64,000 bases of DNA from Camelus dromedarius (taxonomy: Eukaryota), in the NCBI RefSeq assembly GCF_036321535.1, contig NC_087437.1, forward strand, positions 16,432,001-16,496,000. Reading direction: 5' to 3'. Each line of letters opens with the position of its first letter. Positions within the stretch are counted from its first letter, which is position 1. Below are positions 36,231 to 49,936 of the stretch, in pieces. A program made the position numbers and the translations under genes. Under the pieces are notes generated by a model. The model saw nothing but the letters and a program-made list of their open reading frames with translations, had not been told where the DNA came from and searched no databases.

Positions 36231-36255
36231 TGTTTCTCTGGAGAACCCTGATACA
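35764..36255 (+). mobile_element. ERVL LTR, MLT2B-like, with internal (GATA)n(GACA)n at ~36182-36230
   Basis: tggttaactctatgtgtcaccttggctaggctatgg...gatcagttgaaggccttaa...tgtttctctggagaaccctgataca. Confidence 0.85.
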
Positions 36256-38280
36256 GTGTCCTTCCTGGAAGGACAGAGCAGTAACTTTGCCCAGCAATTG
36301 ATTTCTTGAGCCCAAAATGCTGTCACTGATGTCTGCTGTCAGTTTTGCAGCTCTTGCTACTATTTAAGCATAATTAGCCACCCAAAAATTATCAGTCAAC
36401 CTCAAAATATATACTGGATGCCCAAGAGTTTCCTGCCCCTGCTAGACTCCAAGGGACATGAAAGATCTGTGAAATATACAGTGCCCTTTCCCCAAGTTTA
36501 TACCCTAGTTAGGTAGTTAGGGGCAGGGGTCCTTATGGGTGACAGTGGATATGCCCAGCTGTGTGACGGTGCTAACCAGTCGGGGAGAAGGGGCACCCCC
36601 TATACGAACTACTCAGGGGAGAGGGATTTGAAGTCCTAAGTGGGTCTTATCTCAATCTGTAGGACGGAGAGGTCTAGGTGATGTGAGTCCTGGACCAAGA
36701 GAAACCAAGCATAAAGTTTGCACTCGGTTCTATAGGCAAAAGGAAGACATGGTATATTCTTGAAAAAATGTTTCAAGGGAGATTGTAACAAGGATGCATG
36801 TAGCAGTCGTTCGCCAGAAATTCTACAAATAAGGGGCTCCTCCAATGATGGGCAGGCGTGTGGTATGACGCAGCCAGAGCCTGAGACTGAGTCCCAGGGG
36901 AGGATGCAGAGGACGAGGGGCAGAGGATGAGTCGGGTTTGGACATTTCTTTGTTGAAAGGATAGAGGGATGTCTGCAGGGAAAAGTCCTCCGGAAATCTA
37001 AGTCCCAGCAAGAAGTCAAGGCTAGAGATGTAAACTAACCTGCGTGGGTGTTCTGGGTCAAGCCTGAGAATGATGTGCACACAGAGTGCACGTGGGAAAG
37101 AATGGAGAACCAGGTTCAGACCCTTAGTCACTCGCACAGATACAGGCTGAGCAGAGGAAAAGATGTGAAATGTTGTCTGAGAGGAGAGGAACTGGGACTG
37201 GTTGTGCTCCTGAAACCTGGGAAGGAGAAAAGTGTGTGGAGGACTGGATGGGCAACAATCACAGACACGCTGTGGTCGTGGCCCCCGGTCATCGCAAAGC
37301 GCATCCACACGTTAAGGGATGTGCGAGACTCTGCAGTCAGAGAACTTGTTTAGCTTAGTTGCTTAAAAGCAGTTCAGCACCGCTGTTCCCAAGCTCGCCG
37401 GACACAGGACACTCCTCCCAGGATTCTCAGAGCACAATTAGAAACTCTGGTCTAGCCCAACCTCTGTTACCCAGCAGAACCAGACTGATGTCCCAGATCC
37501 CCCAACAATTAAGGCAGCGTTTTTCCAATATATCACACCGAATGCCTTGAACTCTGCAGGGGCACAGCATTATATAAATCTACATGTCGGGAAACCTAAG
37601 CAGCCTAGACAGCCAGAGCTGGAAACCGCCATGAGGTCAGCCCACATCTGGTGTCTCAGAGGCTCCAGGAGCAGCTACCCACGGCCCCGCCCCTGCTGTC
37701 CTCTCAGGAAGAGGAGCAGAGAGATAAATAACTCCCCGAGAGCCTTCTTCCCTTCTCCACTTCTGCCGTCTTTCTGCTGCTTCTCTCCCAGGGCTTTCCT
37801 TGATGAATCCACCATGTGCCTCAAATTATTTATTTCTCTTTCCAGAATTTCAACAACAGATGGATTAGAGTACCACATTTTTGGAACAGCAGACTCTTGA
37901 AATGCCAGAGGTCAGAATCATTATGGGCTGGGACGAAAGACAGGGCTGGGGGCTGGAGGGGGGCCTTGCACCTGGAAGGGAGGTGTTCCCAAGGAAGCCC
38001 AGGCGAGCTCTGGGGCGGGGGCTGCCACCCTGCCCCTTGCTGGCTGGCTGGGTCTGGCTGGCCTGCCTGCATTCACCACCCACCTCACCCCACCGCCTAC
38101 CCAAGATGAAGCAACCCTTCCTGGTGCCTCCATCTTTCTGAGAAAAGTGGTCCAGCTTTTGTAGTCTGGAGGAGAGGGTGGCCTGGCAGCCTTGGTCCTT
38201 GTAGGACTTAACAGAGCTATTTAGAGGTACTACACCTTGAAAGTCCAGAAGAGAGATCACTGTTTATTGACTGTTTAGAA

Positions 38281-38500
38281 CAGGGGTCACAGACTGGCCA
38301 CTGGGTCAAATCTGGCCCGCCACATGCTGTTGTAAATAAAGTTTTATTGGAACACAGTATGCCTATTCTTTCACATGTTGTCCATGGCCACTTTTGCCCT
38401 ACAACAGCAGAGTTGAGCAGCAGCGACAAAAGCCATATGGCCCACAAAGCCTAAAATATTTACTATCTGGCTCTTTACAGAAAAATTTTTCCGACCCTGG
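38281..38500. mobile_element. MER58A MITE
   Basis: caggggtcacagact...gtaaataaagttttattggaacacag...aaagcctaaaatatttactatctgg...ccgaccctg. Confidence 0.85.
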
Positions 38501-38549
38501 TTTAGAGGATATGGCTTAGAATACCCACCTTGCTCTCATTCCTGCACAT

Positions 38550-38552
<3 letters not shown>

Positions 38553-38590
<38 letters not shown>
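38553..38590. repeat. (CA)n microsatellite
   Basis: Directly visible. Confidence 0.95.
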
Positions 38591-38594
<4 letters not shown>

Positions 38595-39434
38595 TCACTC
38601 CTGTCCTCCTTTCTCGGGGCCCTGACTTATCTTTGCTTCTAGTCTGGGTCTCTCTCTGTATCTCCCAGTCCTTGTGCTTCCCCATCAGTCTTTACTTTTC
38701 CATCTCTGCCCCCACCACCCCAGCTCAGTGTCTCCCTACCTTCCCCTGCCTTATCTATTTCCATTAATAAGTGGTTATATATAAACAAAGGGGTGTTGTT
38801 TTCCCATTTGTTGAACTTACTTAGGGAGCTGCTCTAATTAGGAAAGCGAATAAGTAAGAGCTTTGTATTTCTCTGGGGGGGAAAAAAAGTCTGATTTCTC
38901 TTTAGTTCTGTGGTCCTCAGTTTTTTTCCCATTGTGGTTCAATGGCCCATGGCAGAAAAGGGTCCTCCCTCGAGCATAACCTTAAAGTTTGAAAGCCATC
39001 CTTAGAGAATGCCATTGTGCATGGCCTTCAGTGCCAGTTACCTGAGAGACAGTTGGCAGTGACCCTGAGAAATTCTAACCCACATTTGTAATCCAAGTTA
39101 GGAGACCGTCATTGGAAGCCTGATTCTGTAATAGCTTTGTCTGGAGTGGGGGCAGGGAGTTGATCACTTGAGAGGTGATCACAAGTGAGCAATTATGGGG
39201 TCACAGGAGAAATTCAGCAGCAGTGGTTTCATTTGTGACAGCACTCATCACAGTCTGACTTACATGATAATTGTGAAGTTATGAGCAAAATGAGAACTGA
39301 GGGTTCATCTTACTCATTTTCATAACCACCCACCCCACCTGTCCAAGGACCTTGCTTGGTAGCCAAAATGTGATTATAATGACCTACTGTGAATTACACT
39401 GCTTCTTTGTGCCACGAATGTGTTAAATGACTTA

Positions 39435-39886
39435 CAGATCTTCCTCAACAAACAGCGGAGTTATATCCTGATAAACCCATTGTAAGTTGAAAATATTGTA
39501 AGTGAAAAGTGCACTGGATACATTAGATAGCTTAACTTCTAAACGTGCTTAGAACATGTACCTTAGCGTACAGCTGTGCTAAGTCCTCTAACGTAAAACC
39601 TACTGTATAGTAAAGTGTTGAATATCTCCTGTAATTGGCTGAATACTGTACTGAAAGTGAAAAACAATGGTTGTAAGTGTATCGATGGTTTGCCTTCATG
39701 ATCATGTGGCCACCTGGGAGCCACAGCTGCCACTACCCAGCATCAGAGAGTATTGTATGCATGTCACCAGCCCAGGAAAAGAGCAAAATTCAAAATCTGA
39801 AGGACAATTTTGAATGCATGTCGCTGTACCACCATCATAAAGTCAAAAAACCATAAGTGGAACCATTGTAAGTGGGGAACCATCTG
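39435..39886 (+). mobile_element. TcMar-Tigger element (MER47/Tigger5-like) with TA TSDs, inserted in a minus-strand MIR (~39375-40050)
   Basis: ta|cagatcttcctcaac...ataaacccattgtaagttgaaaatattgtaagt...cattgtaagtggggaaccatctg|ta. Confidence 0.85.
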
Positions 39887-40307
39887 TACATTCATTGTCC
39901 ACTCTGACAAGCACTTTGCCAGGTAGAAGTTACTAGTCCCAGGTTGAGTATGAGGAAGCTGCGGCTCAGAGACGTTAAGTGGCTCACGCAGCCCTTGTCC
40001 TGCCGTGGAAGCAGAGTCAGGGGTTTCTGCTGTAGGCTGGCTTGATGTCTGTCTTCAGGCCCCCAAGTCTGAGTCTGACCTTGATACCTTGACATTGACC
40101 CCTGCTTTCCGCACTGGTCTCTGGCCCAGCATCAGCTTTACCTGACCTCCTCCCCTACCCCTCACTCTGGTCACCCCTGGTCCTGGCTCCTCAGGTGCCT
40201 CTTGGTGGGCCAGGCAGAGCTCTTTGGCAGAGCACCACACCAGTGTCCTGGGAGAGGAGTCAGTGCCTGGAAAGGCGGTGGAACACACCCTTTCTCTCCA
40301 TTTCTGG

Positions 40308-40436
40308 ACGAAGGAAGGCAGGAAGAGAGAAAGAGAGAAAGCGAGAAAGAAAGCAAGAAATCAAGAAAGCAAGAAAGAGAGAAAGAAAGAGAGAGAAAGA
40401 AAGAAAGAAAGAAAAGAGAGAAAGAAAGAGAGAGAG

Positions 40437-40491
<55 letters not shown>

Positions 40492-40645
40492 GAGAAAGAA
40501 AGAAAGAAAGAAAAAGAAAGGAAGGAAGGAAGGAAGGAAGGAAGGAAGGAAGGAAGGAAGGAAGGAAGGAAGGAAGGAAGGAAGGAAGGAAGAAAAGAGA
40601 AAGAAAAGAAGAAAAGAGAAAGAAAGAAGGGAAGGAAGGAAGGAG
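40308..40645. repeat. Compound polypurine microsatellite (GAAA)n/(GA)n/(GGAA)n
   Basis: ~335 bp almost purely A/G on the + strand. Confidence 0.97.
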
Positions 40646-41454
40646 GCCAGAGTCTCACCTGAGGAAACCCATCTAGGGGTACAGCCTTGTGAGGTTTTCC
40701 CAGCCTGGCTGACAACAATCTGGGAGGTTGGGAAGCAGAGGCTGCATTCTAACCTGATCCATCCTTCTCTGACCTTTGGGGCAAGATGGACATCCCAGGG
40801 GTATGACGTGCTACACCCCTGAGGATGTGCCTCTGGGAAACTTTCTGCTTCCCAGGGGTCCACCTCACTGCTACCACTCATCTCAGCCGCCAAGCCCTCC
40901 ATGCCCTAAATGACCACGACCCTGACGATGACAGCCCTGTGGGTGTCCTAGGTGTCCTCCTACTCCCGTCCCCATAGCTTTGCCCACGCAAGGTCCCTTG
41001 GAGCCCCAAAGTGTCAGCTGCTAGGTGCGCACCATGCAGGAACCTTGAGGGCCCCAGATGCAGGCAGTAGATAGTTTTGATGAGAGGCAGGCAGTCTCCC
41101 CCCCACTGGTTCAGCTGCACCAACACTGGTGCATGCCTGGTCTCTGGGGCGTTCTTCCTCCAAAACTGGCAGAGAAGGCTGCCTGCTCTGCACACCTGCC
41201 GTCCCCCTGCCCAGAGAATCTGAAAATGTTTTATTGCTCTCATCAATCTACATTCTTACATTCCAGTAACTCATTTGGAGGTGGCGTGACTGCCAGGGCC
41301 AAGCACTTGGGGTTCTGGCCACTGAGACCGGTTTCCATCGTGATGTGGGTCATGTCACCCCACCAACCACCAGCCCTCCTTTCCACCATGCCTCCCACCC
41401 TTTCCCTATAGGAGAATCAGAGAAGCTGAACTTTGGAAGGGAGGGATACATCAC

Positions 41455-41672
41455 CTAATGTTGGGGTTTTAAACATAAGATCCATGGACAGATTCCAAGC
41501 GTTCATGAATTTCTCAAAATCATATGAAAAAAGCTATCCCCATATGCGCGTGCGCGCAAACACACACACACACACAGGTATGTACCACTCTGGGGTGAGT
41601 GTCCCCAGTTTTCAATGACTTTTCAGAGGAGTTTCTAACAAAAAAGAAAATAAAAGTGTTGAGAACGAGTGA
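41455..41672. mobile_element. hAT-Charlie MITE remnant (MER117-like) within a MIR remnant
   Basis: gatccatggacagattcc...tctggggtgagtgtccccagttttcaatgacttttcagaggag...gttgagaacgagtg. Confidence 0.5.
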
Positions 41673-43361
41673 TGTATTGGAGCCTCCTCATTTTGCAGGT
41701 GCAAAAACTAAGACCCAGAGTTTCCATGACGTGTGATTCACCAAATCTCTTCTTTGTCTGTAATCCTGTAGCTCTCTTTCCTCTTCTTTTTTATTCTCAC
41801 CTTTGATGTCAAAAAGGGATGCAACAAGAGGCCATAACTGAGTCAGGGTCTGGGAAGAAGTTGTCCCTTTCCACCAGGAAGCTCCTGAACCCTGAAACGT
41901 GCTCTCTCGACCCATAGAAAGGCCTTTGGACCGGGGAGCCCCTTGTCCATCAGGCCCAAGTGGCCAGCTTACCTTGTCCTCACTATAAATAACACTGCCC
42001 TTGGGAAGTCAGCCCTGGAATGATCAAAAAGGAGAGGAGAGGACTCTCCTGCCTCAAAGGAGAACAAAGCCAGGACACCAAATTCCCCACACCCAGTGTG
42101 TCTGGTCTGGCTTCAGTGGGCTTAGAGGCAGAGCAGCCCTGAGCGCACTCCCCTGGACGGCAGCAGTCTTGCCGCTGCTCCTGTGGGCCTGGCCGGCTCC
42201 ACCGATGCCCACCTGGGCTGGCTGGGGCTTTCTAGGATGCAGCAGTCCTGGGGGTGCTCCTGCAGAAGGCAGCCTCCTGCTGATGTTCCCTGAGCAAGAC
42301 CAGTTTAGGGGGTGTACCCCCCCCATGAGGATGGAGCCGTCCCGCCGATGCCCCCCTGGGCCAGAGTTTTACCTTCACCCTTAATTCATGTCCCATTGAG
42401 GATGCTTCTGAAATTCACAGGGAAGATACAAAGAGAATTCCTTCAGAAAGCATGCAATTTGGGAATCAGAAATTCTGAGTCAAATGGAATATCAGAAATT
42501 AACTAGATGAACCCTCACATTTTATAGATTCTCAGAGAGGCAAGGTTACTTGCCCTAGGCAATACAGTGACACAAGAGAAGATGGTTGGATGGATAGACA
42601 GATAGATAGCCAGCCAGATACACGCGAGAGAGAAACGAAGAAGTAAGTGTGTTTTTCCTGGCTTCACCCATCCGGCACCAGCGTGGGTTCTGGTGGTGCT
42701 GCTGCTGCTTTGATGCTTGCATTCTTTCCTTCTTCATCGCACCTCTAAATATGTTCTTTGGGGAAAAACAGCATCTCTGCAAAGGAAAATGTAAAAGACA
42801 GCATATTGGGCAGGACAAGATGGAGAAGAAAGCAAATTCAGTCTTACTGAGCAGCCCCTCTGCCAGGCGCTTCACTTTGGTCCCGAGCCCCGCTGCATGG
42901 CAGCCACTGGTCCCTAGTCCACTTGCTTATTGGACCCCTTTTCAAGTGACAGAAACTCAGTGCTCATCCTTGTGTCTCACGGGTGACCTCGGTGAGGGGA
43001 GGGGGGTTCTCACATCTAATTTATGCGCTGTCTGTGCCTCTCCCTGCCCTCCGCTCCAGCTGCTGCTCCAACCCTCCTTCTTGGCCATTGTTGGGGTCAC
43101 TCTCCTCTTTGCTTTGATCCTGTCTGTTTGCCCATTGCACCACCAATGGCTCACTTGACCAGTAAAACCCCTGGGCCATCTCTTCTTTCACAGTCCCTCC
43201 TGGAGGCCGCTCTCCACTTGCCACTGGATCCCCTTTGCTCTAAGCCTTCCAGTGCCAGCAGGTCGTCACTGCTCTATCTGAATGACCCTCACGTGACTGG
43301 CACCCAACCTGGACTGCTTAGAGCTCTCCACGCCCACACCAGACTCAGTGAGGTTGCCAAA

Positions 43362-43474
43362 TAGGGTAGCCAACTGTCCCAGTTTGCCTGGGACTAAAGG
43401 GCTTCCTGGGTCATGGGATTTTCGGTGCTAGAAGTGGGACAGTTCAGGGTAAATCAGGATGGTTGGTTACCCTG
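43362..43474. mobile_element. MER81-like hAT-Blackjack MITE
   Basis: tagggtagccaactgtcccagtttgcctgggact...ggatggttggttaccctg with TIRs. Confidence 0.85.
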
Positions 43475-43711
43475 CAAGGCCAGCCAGGAGGGAGAAAAGC
43501 GGGAATGCAAATGCAGGCCTTCTTAGCACCGACAACTTTGTTCTTTCAAAGCATCAGCCTGCAAAATACTGTATGTGTGTTCAACACACAGAGTGGAGAC
43601 ACGTGGGAGGGTGACGTCAACTGACACCTGCTTTCCCTGGAAGAATGACATGTGGAGCAAGTCTATTCCATGGGCTTCTAAGAATTAATTGATAAAGTTA
43701 AGATATTACCT

Positions 43712-43846
43712 TAGGGTAACCACATGCCCTGGTTTGCCTGGGACAATCCCAATTTACACCTGTTCTCCCGACATAATTATTAATAGCCCTCCGTTTTCAG
43801 GCTCAAAAGTATCCTAGATTGCACAATAAATTATATGGCCACCCTC
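43712..43846. mobile_element. MER94-like hAT-Blackjack MITE
   Basis: tagggtaaccacatgccctggtttgcctgggac...ataattattaatagc...ataaattatatggccaccct. Confidence 0.85.
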
Positions 43847-44825
43847 ACCATCATATCACAGAGCCAGCTGCTTAGGCTCCTGATTAATGGGGTCTGTCCC
43901 CATGACCATAACTAAAGCCGTGTGGCTTCCCCGCGATTGACTGGGCATGTTGGCTCTGCAGACCAGTCACCCTGAAAAAGTAGCATTTCTCCAGCCCCGT
44001 CTCTCTCAGCTGATTGGAGTTTGTGTGACCAAAGGAGCAGACCTGCCTCTGACTTCCTAGCAGAACCCAGCCTGAACAATCAGTCCTCACATCACTTCAA
44101 AGAAGCAGGCCAGGCATTCATTGGCACTCTGCACAGATTTATGCACCATACATCATTATCTCCTGCTGAGAAACAAGACAGATATAGGGCATACGGCAGG
44201 TCCTTTAGAAAAAGGCATCTTGACAGATCTTTGAACCTAAAATACCTTTAGTAATTGGGACACCCACTCCGGGACACGCAAGATAAATGACCCTGTTTGT
44301 AGAGTACCCAAGCCCTTAGCTGCCTGTCCCACCCCGCCCCTTCCTCCTCCTCCTCTTCCAGTCCTCCTCAAGAGCCTCCTCTGGCCTCTTCCTGCTCATT
44401 AGCAGCTCTACAAAAAGACAGACTGGGGCAGGGAGAGGAAGGGCATATTATTCGCTGGGAGTAGGTTGGATGGGAGAGGAGGCGGAAATGAATGGCTTGA
44501 ATGGAGTTGGAGTCGGCTGGTGGATTTCATTTCAGGCTCCACCTGTTACCCTAGCCCTCTAATTAGCAGAGGGGAAAGCTTTAGAGGTAACATGCATACT
44601 TGTAAGTCACCTAGTGACACAGAAGGTACTCGATAAATGGGGGTTGGCGGTGGGTTGACACCTGCCTGCCCTCAAGGGAGTAGCGAGATCAGCCTATCAC
44701 CCCAGGCACTGGGGGTCCCTTGGCACCCAGTCCAGCTCACCTGTCTTATTAGAGCATCCAGAGCTGGGTTCCACTCATCTCTGTACTCTCTCCCTCCCCA
44801 GCTCTCTCTATTTGTCTGTCTGTCT

Positions 44826-44874
44826 CACACACACACACACACACACACAGACACACACACACACACACACACAC
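44826..44874. repeat. Interrupted (CA)n microsatellite
   Basis: Directly visible. Confidence 0.95.
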
Positions 44875-44959
44875 TTCTCCCCCGAGGGCTGTAAACACAA
44901 GAGACAGCTTGGGGCAGGGATGGAAAGATCACTGTCCCAGGAAGTCTCAGTTCCACTCC

Positions 44960-45240
44960 CACTGCAGTTCAATAAATATTTTGGCCGTGGGATGCAGTGC
45001 ACAGAATACAGAGATGAGGACAAGGACACCGTCATGGTCTGCTGGGGTCTCAAAGTGAGGTGGGAAATGTATTCAAGTCAGCAGCCCATCTCAGTCTGCT
45101 CTGATAAAGAAAAAGACAGAGGGAACGCAGGGTACTGTGGGGAGGCAGAGGCAGGGCCCTGGGCCTCCTGAGTGGAGGTCTAGGATGACTTCCTAGAGGA
45201 ACTGGAGCCCGTAAGCTTGGAGACATGCAAGAACCAGCCA
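44960..45240 (-). mobile_element. L2 3' fragment
   Basis: ttcaataaatattt...aatacagagatgaggacaaggacac...gggtctcaaagtgaggtggga. Confidence 0.55.
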
Positions 45241-47974
45241 GAAGAGGGGGAGGAAACCAAACACCCCCAGGCCCAGGGGTGGGACATATCATGGCCTTAT
45301 GGAAAAATCAACATTCTGCGTGTGTCTGAAAATTAACCAAGCAGACAGTCTTCCTTTCTTCACTCGTAAGATGTTTCCAACAAGAAAAGCCCTTAGGCAC
45401 ATTCCTGATTCTAAGAGAACCTTTTATAGTGGTTGAGTTCATTATAATTTGATCAATAAGGTCATGGTCACGGGTTAATTATCACAAGGTTGGTGAATAA
45501 AATCCACTTCCTATAGCAATCATAAATTACAACTCTAAAGAAACAAATTCGATATTTTACAGTAAATGCACTAACATTCTAAATGAATATATGTATTTTT
45601 TCAAGGTTACCAGTTACAAGTCAGCAGACCCTAGGACAACTGAACAAATCTTTTAACATAATAGGAAAGCTAGGTTTTGCCTCTTTTAGTAAATAAACTT
45701 ACTGAGAAACTCAAGTTTATGATAAGATACAAAGTCAGTCCAGATTAACTGCAACATGTTGGTAACTGGTATATGAATATTCATTTTCTTACCTTTCTTT
45801 CTGAATGAAGAGCTGTTGTCTACCCATGATTGACGTTTTCAAAAACACTTATGTCAAGAACTTCTCATCCTCTCAGTTTCTATTTTAAAAAATTCTGTCC
45901 ACTGGCAGCAACTTAATTTCATCAAAGCTGGATCAAAGATCTGGGGGACTTACACTAACTTTTTTCCATAATAGTGTAAACAAGGACACAGCTGCTCAGC
46001 TGCCTGACCTTCTGCGTCCTTTCCTGTGAGCTGGGGTTAGTGCCTGCAGCCCCCCTTTCAGAGGGGCATGTGAAGATTCAAAATGCATATGAACCAAAGA
46101 CGTACGAACTTGAGCCATGGCTACCTCCTGGCCCTGGTTATCTCCTTGCCCTATGCTAGAAGTGGAGAGAATGCCCTGGCACAAGGCAGACCCTCAGGGA
46201 GAAAGATGGGATGGTTCTATGGGCAGTCAGAATTCCAGAGAGCCTTCCATCTTCTTGACTCCCAGAGAAAAGCCACTAAGCGGCCCCCGGCAGTTTCCTG
46301 CTCCAGACCCACATTCTTCTCTCTCCACTGTGGCCTGATCTGTTCTCTCTGCTTCCCTACCCTTGGCCCACTCTTGTGGCTGAAGCCCTCCAACTAGCCC
46401 TCTTCCCACATGAGTGGTCCTCACGGTCAGCGCTTTCCACCTTCCCTACCAGTGCTGCTGCTCTCGGCTGTCTTCAAAGAGAATTCACCAAACCACCAGC
46501 CCCACCTCTGGCGTTCCCAGGTGTGTGAGCTCAGTGCCCATCTGCTGGAGCCCAAAAGAGCCCTGAGAATCGGGGGTACAGCTCTCTGGTGTATCCCCAG
46601 TGTTGCTCTCACGAATCATGTCTGTGGGATGCTGGGAGCCTGTGTCAACATGTGATTTGTTTCCCTAGTTCGGAGCCTGAGAGAGTCTGTAAGCCTGGAG
46701 ATTCATTTCTCTGAACCTCTTCTGCAGGCCTTGAACCCTCTGACTGATGAAATCCATCCAGGGCCACAGAGCTCATTTTCTAAACTGAAGACATAGAGGC
46801 TCAGGAAAAAAAAAAAAAGTTTACAAATGGAAAATAAAAAGGCAAATGGATAAAGTGGAGGAGAAATAGGTGGACGCAAGATCGATCATAGCAACAGCGG
46901 AAGCGTGAATTGGAGATCCAGTTTATAAAAAGGTGGAGGAAAAAGCCACAGTGAGAGCAGCACAGTGAGTGGGGAGTTTCAGTGAGGGGAGCCAGGCTAA
47001 CACAGCCTTCCTGCCTGCAGGACAGGTTAGGGCCACACTGGAAGCCAGGCACCAGCAGTCACGCGGCGAGGTTTAAAGGCTGACCGTGGGGATTGAAGGT
47101 GTTTTTGTCGAGATCAGAAAGAAAGCACTGCAAAGGACTCTAGCTTAAGGGAAACCTTCAGCTGCTAAGGCTAATTTCATTAGTCACCCTGAGCATGCGT
47201 GCAGAGTTCTTAGTTCTGGACGGTGGACCCAAAAGTGACGAACTTCACGCTCCCATAAGAAGCCCATCCTGATTGGAGGAAATCGCTGATAGGCTGGAGA
47301 CAAGTTTGCACAGTGCTGAAGGGAGACACAGCATGATCTTTTTCTCCATCAAGTCTTCTTTTCTGGACAAGGAAGGATCAGAGAAACCATCTAAGGAATT
47401 GGAGGGAATAAGAGCCACAGGCAGGGAGCTGGTAACCTAGAAACGCAATGAGAGCAGCGGCAGGAGGCAAAGGTCTTACCTATGCTGGGCAAACAAGCAG
47501 GATGCTCATGCCTCCCAGAGACCAGGCTCCTTGTAGAGCTGGAACCAGCCGGGCAAGGCAGAAGCGTGAGGCTGAACACGAAACCAGACTGGCATGTGGC
47601 AAGGACCTGGTGCTCTAACTGCTTGGACAATAAATAAACATCCCTCCCCACCAGGCCCATAGGACAGGATCGCCCTTTCCATTCTCACTGTCTCCCAGAA
47701 CTTTCTCACTTTGCCTCATCTTTGGGGCAGTGGTTCTCAGCCTGTGTCACCATAAGCCAGTAGATACTGTCAGTTATCAGGTGAGTACAGAGCATTTTGC
47801 TACTAATATTAAAGTACCTAAGTGTATGTTTTCTTAATATAAATTAAAGGAGACCACGGTCATTTCCACAATGACATCACTTTCTCTCCTCTATTAGCCA
47901 GGTCTCGATGGGAAAAGACAAAATTTAACTCAAACTAGCTTAGACCAAAAGGGAGACTTGTTGGAAGGTTGTTG

Positions 47975-48551
47975 ATTCTCTCAGTTGCTATTGCTGTGTG
48001 ACATATTGTCTCCAAACTCAGTGGCTTAAAACAACCATTTTATCCAGCTCGTGAATTGTATGGGTCCGGCATTTGGACAGGGCTCCATGAGAATGGCTCT
48101 GCTCCGTGCAGTCAGGGGCCTCTACTGGGAGACTCTGTGACTGGGAGTGACGCAATGGTTGGGGGCTGGAATTACCCGGAACTTTATTTGCTCTCATGCC
48201 TGGGTGGCTGATGTTAGCTGTCATCTGGGACCTCAGCTGGGGCTGTCAACTAGAGCTTCCACACATGGCCTCTCCATCTGGTCTGAGCTCCTCACAGCAT
48301 GGCAGCCTCGGGGTAATGGAGCTTCTTACGCAGTGGCTCAGGGCTCCAGTGCGACTTTTCCAGCTAACAAGGTTGAAGTTGTATCACCTTTTATGACCTA
48401 CTGTTGGAAGTCACTTCATGTCTCATCTGCTGTGTTCTATTGGTTACAAGCAAGTCACAAGTCCACTGAGATTCAAGGGGAGGGGAAAATACCCTACTTC
48501 TCAGTGGGAAGAGTACCAAAATAATTTGCAGACATGTCTTTAAACCACACT
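47975..48551 (-). mobile_element. MaLR LTR (MLT1E/F-like), nested in an older MLT1 remnant (~47890-48800)
   Basis: gctattgctgtgtgac...ccaaactcagtggcttaaaacaacc...ttgcagacatgtctttaaaccaca. Confidence 0.8.
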
Positions 48552-49936
48552 GAGCTATTTTGTGTAACTGTGGGAAGTAAGGACTCAAATGCTGCCAGGA
48601 CACTCTGCTTCTCTTTGTAAGATGAATTCTTTGGCTTTCTTTTCTCTTACTACAGACTGGCTTCATCCAGAGAGCAGAGAGAGGAGTAGCTAGAGCCACA
48701 TAGCACAGACATGACCCCTGGAGGCCCCTCTTTATGTTTCCAAGCCATTCCCAGAGAGGATGTAACCATTGTGAGATAACCAGCGCCTGCAACATTTGTG
48801 ATCCAGTCTGTCCTCTGTACAAGGACAATGATGGACAGACAGCCAGTTACTCTGGAATTGCCCTTTGCTACACTCTGCCTTATATATGTCCAGGAAATAA
48901 GCCTATGGTGGGAATATAAAAGGAAAGAAGTTGAAAGCCCTGCGTTTTGGCACTAATTGAATTTTACCCTGAAATGTAATTGTGTGTATGTCATTTTCTT
49001 CTCTAAACTTGTAGTGACTTGAGGAGTGTATGGCACTGTAGTTTAATATATACTTGATTGAATGAATGAATAAATGAATATTCTAAGTGAATAAAAATTA
49101 TTACTATTTAGTACGATAGAAAACTTCAAGTTATACAGACAGTGAATGTGTTTAGGCTTAGATCAAAAGATACGTATACCTAAAGATATACCTAAATATT
49201 TAGTATATTTCTCTAGTATTGCTTAATATAATATTTTCTTTAACAATTTAAAATGTTAATAACTAATTTGTGGCTAATATACTTATTTAAGTTCACTTTT
49301 AATATCAAATATATGCAACTTGTTTGCAACTCAGTACAGTGCCTGATTTTATTAAGGTGATCAGCCACCACTTTATCGCCTATCAGAGAAGGTATATCCT
49401 TTGGAGAATGATAACATCAATATACATTTATCAGAATATTGTAATCTATTAATAAAAATTAAATAGAAATTGTCAAATCAGAATATATAATATCTCAAAA
49501 TGAATAGCACATTAGATGGATTTACCAAAGATTAAACACAGCAGAAGAGCATACTACTGAACTAGAAGATAAAGTAGTATAAAATAAGACAAAGGTTTGA
49601 AGAGAAAGAAAGAACATCAACTTGAAAAAATGAAATACAGATCAATAGAAAATGTGTAAGTACATAAATTAAAAAGTTAGAAAAATACATAAAAGACCAT
49701 TAGAGAAATGGTAAGAATGTTCCACATACATGCAAATGGAGGGGAAAGGAGAAAGGATGGGACACAGCATTACAAGAAGAGATAATGACCAAAATATTCC
49801 CATAGTGATGAAAGACAAATTCACAGGTTCTAAACACTCTATTAATTCTTAAAAGGAAAAAGTCCAAGAAAAGTGCACATAGGGACATTATAGTAAGACT
49901 GCTGGAGAGAGAGAGAATATCTTAAGAATGGCCTGA

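Noticed and set aside
40171..40902. ORFs of 150-243 aa on both strands
   Set aside because: They are translations of the (GAAA)n/(GGAA)n microsatellite, which lacks stop codons.
45425..45960. Faint tRNA-SINE-like head, a 10-bp inverted repeat (taccagttac/gtaactggta) and minus-strand splice donors
   Set aside because: Each signal is weak, and they do not assemble into a coherent element or exon.
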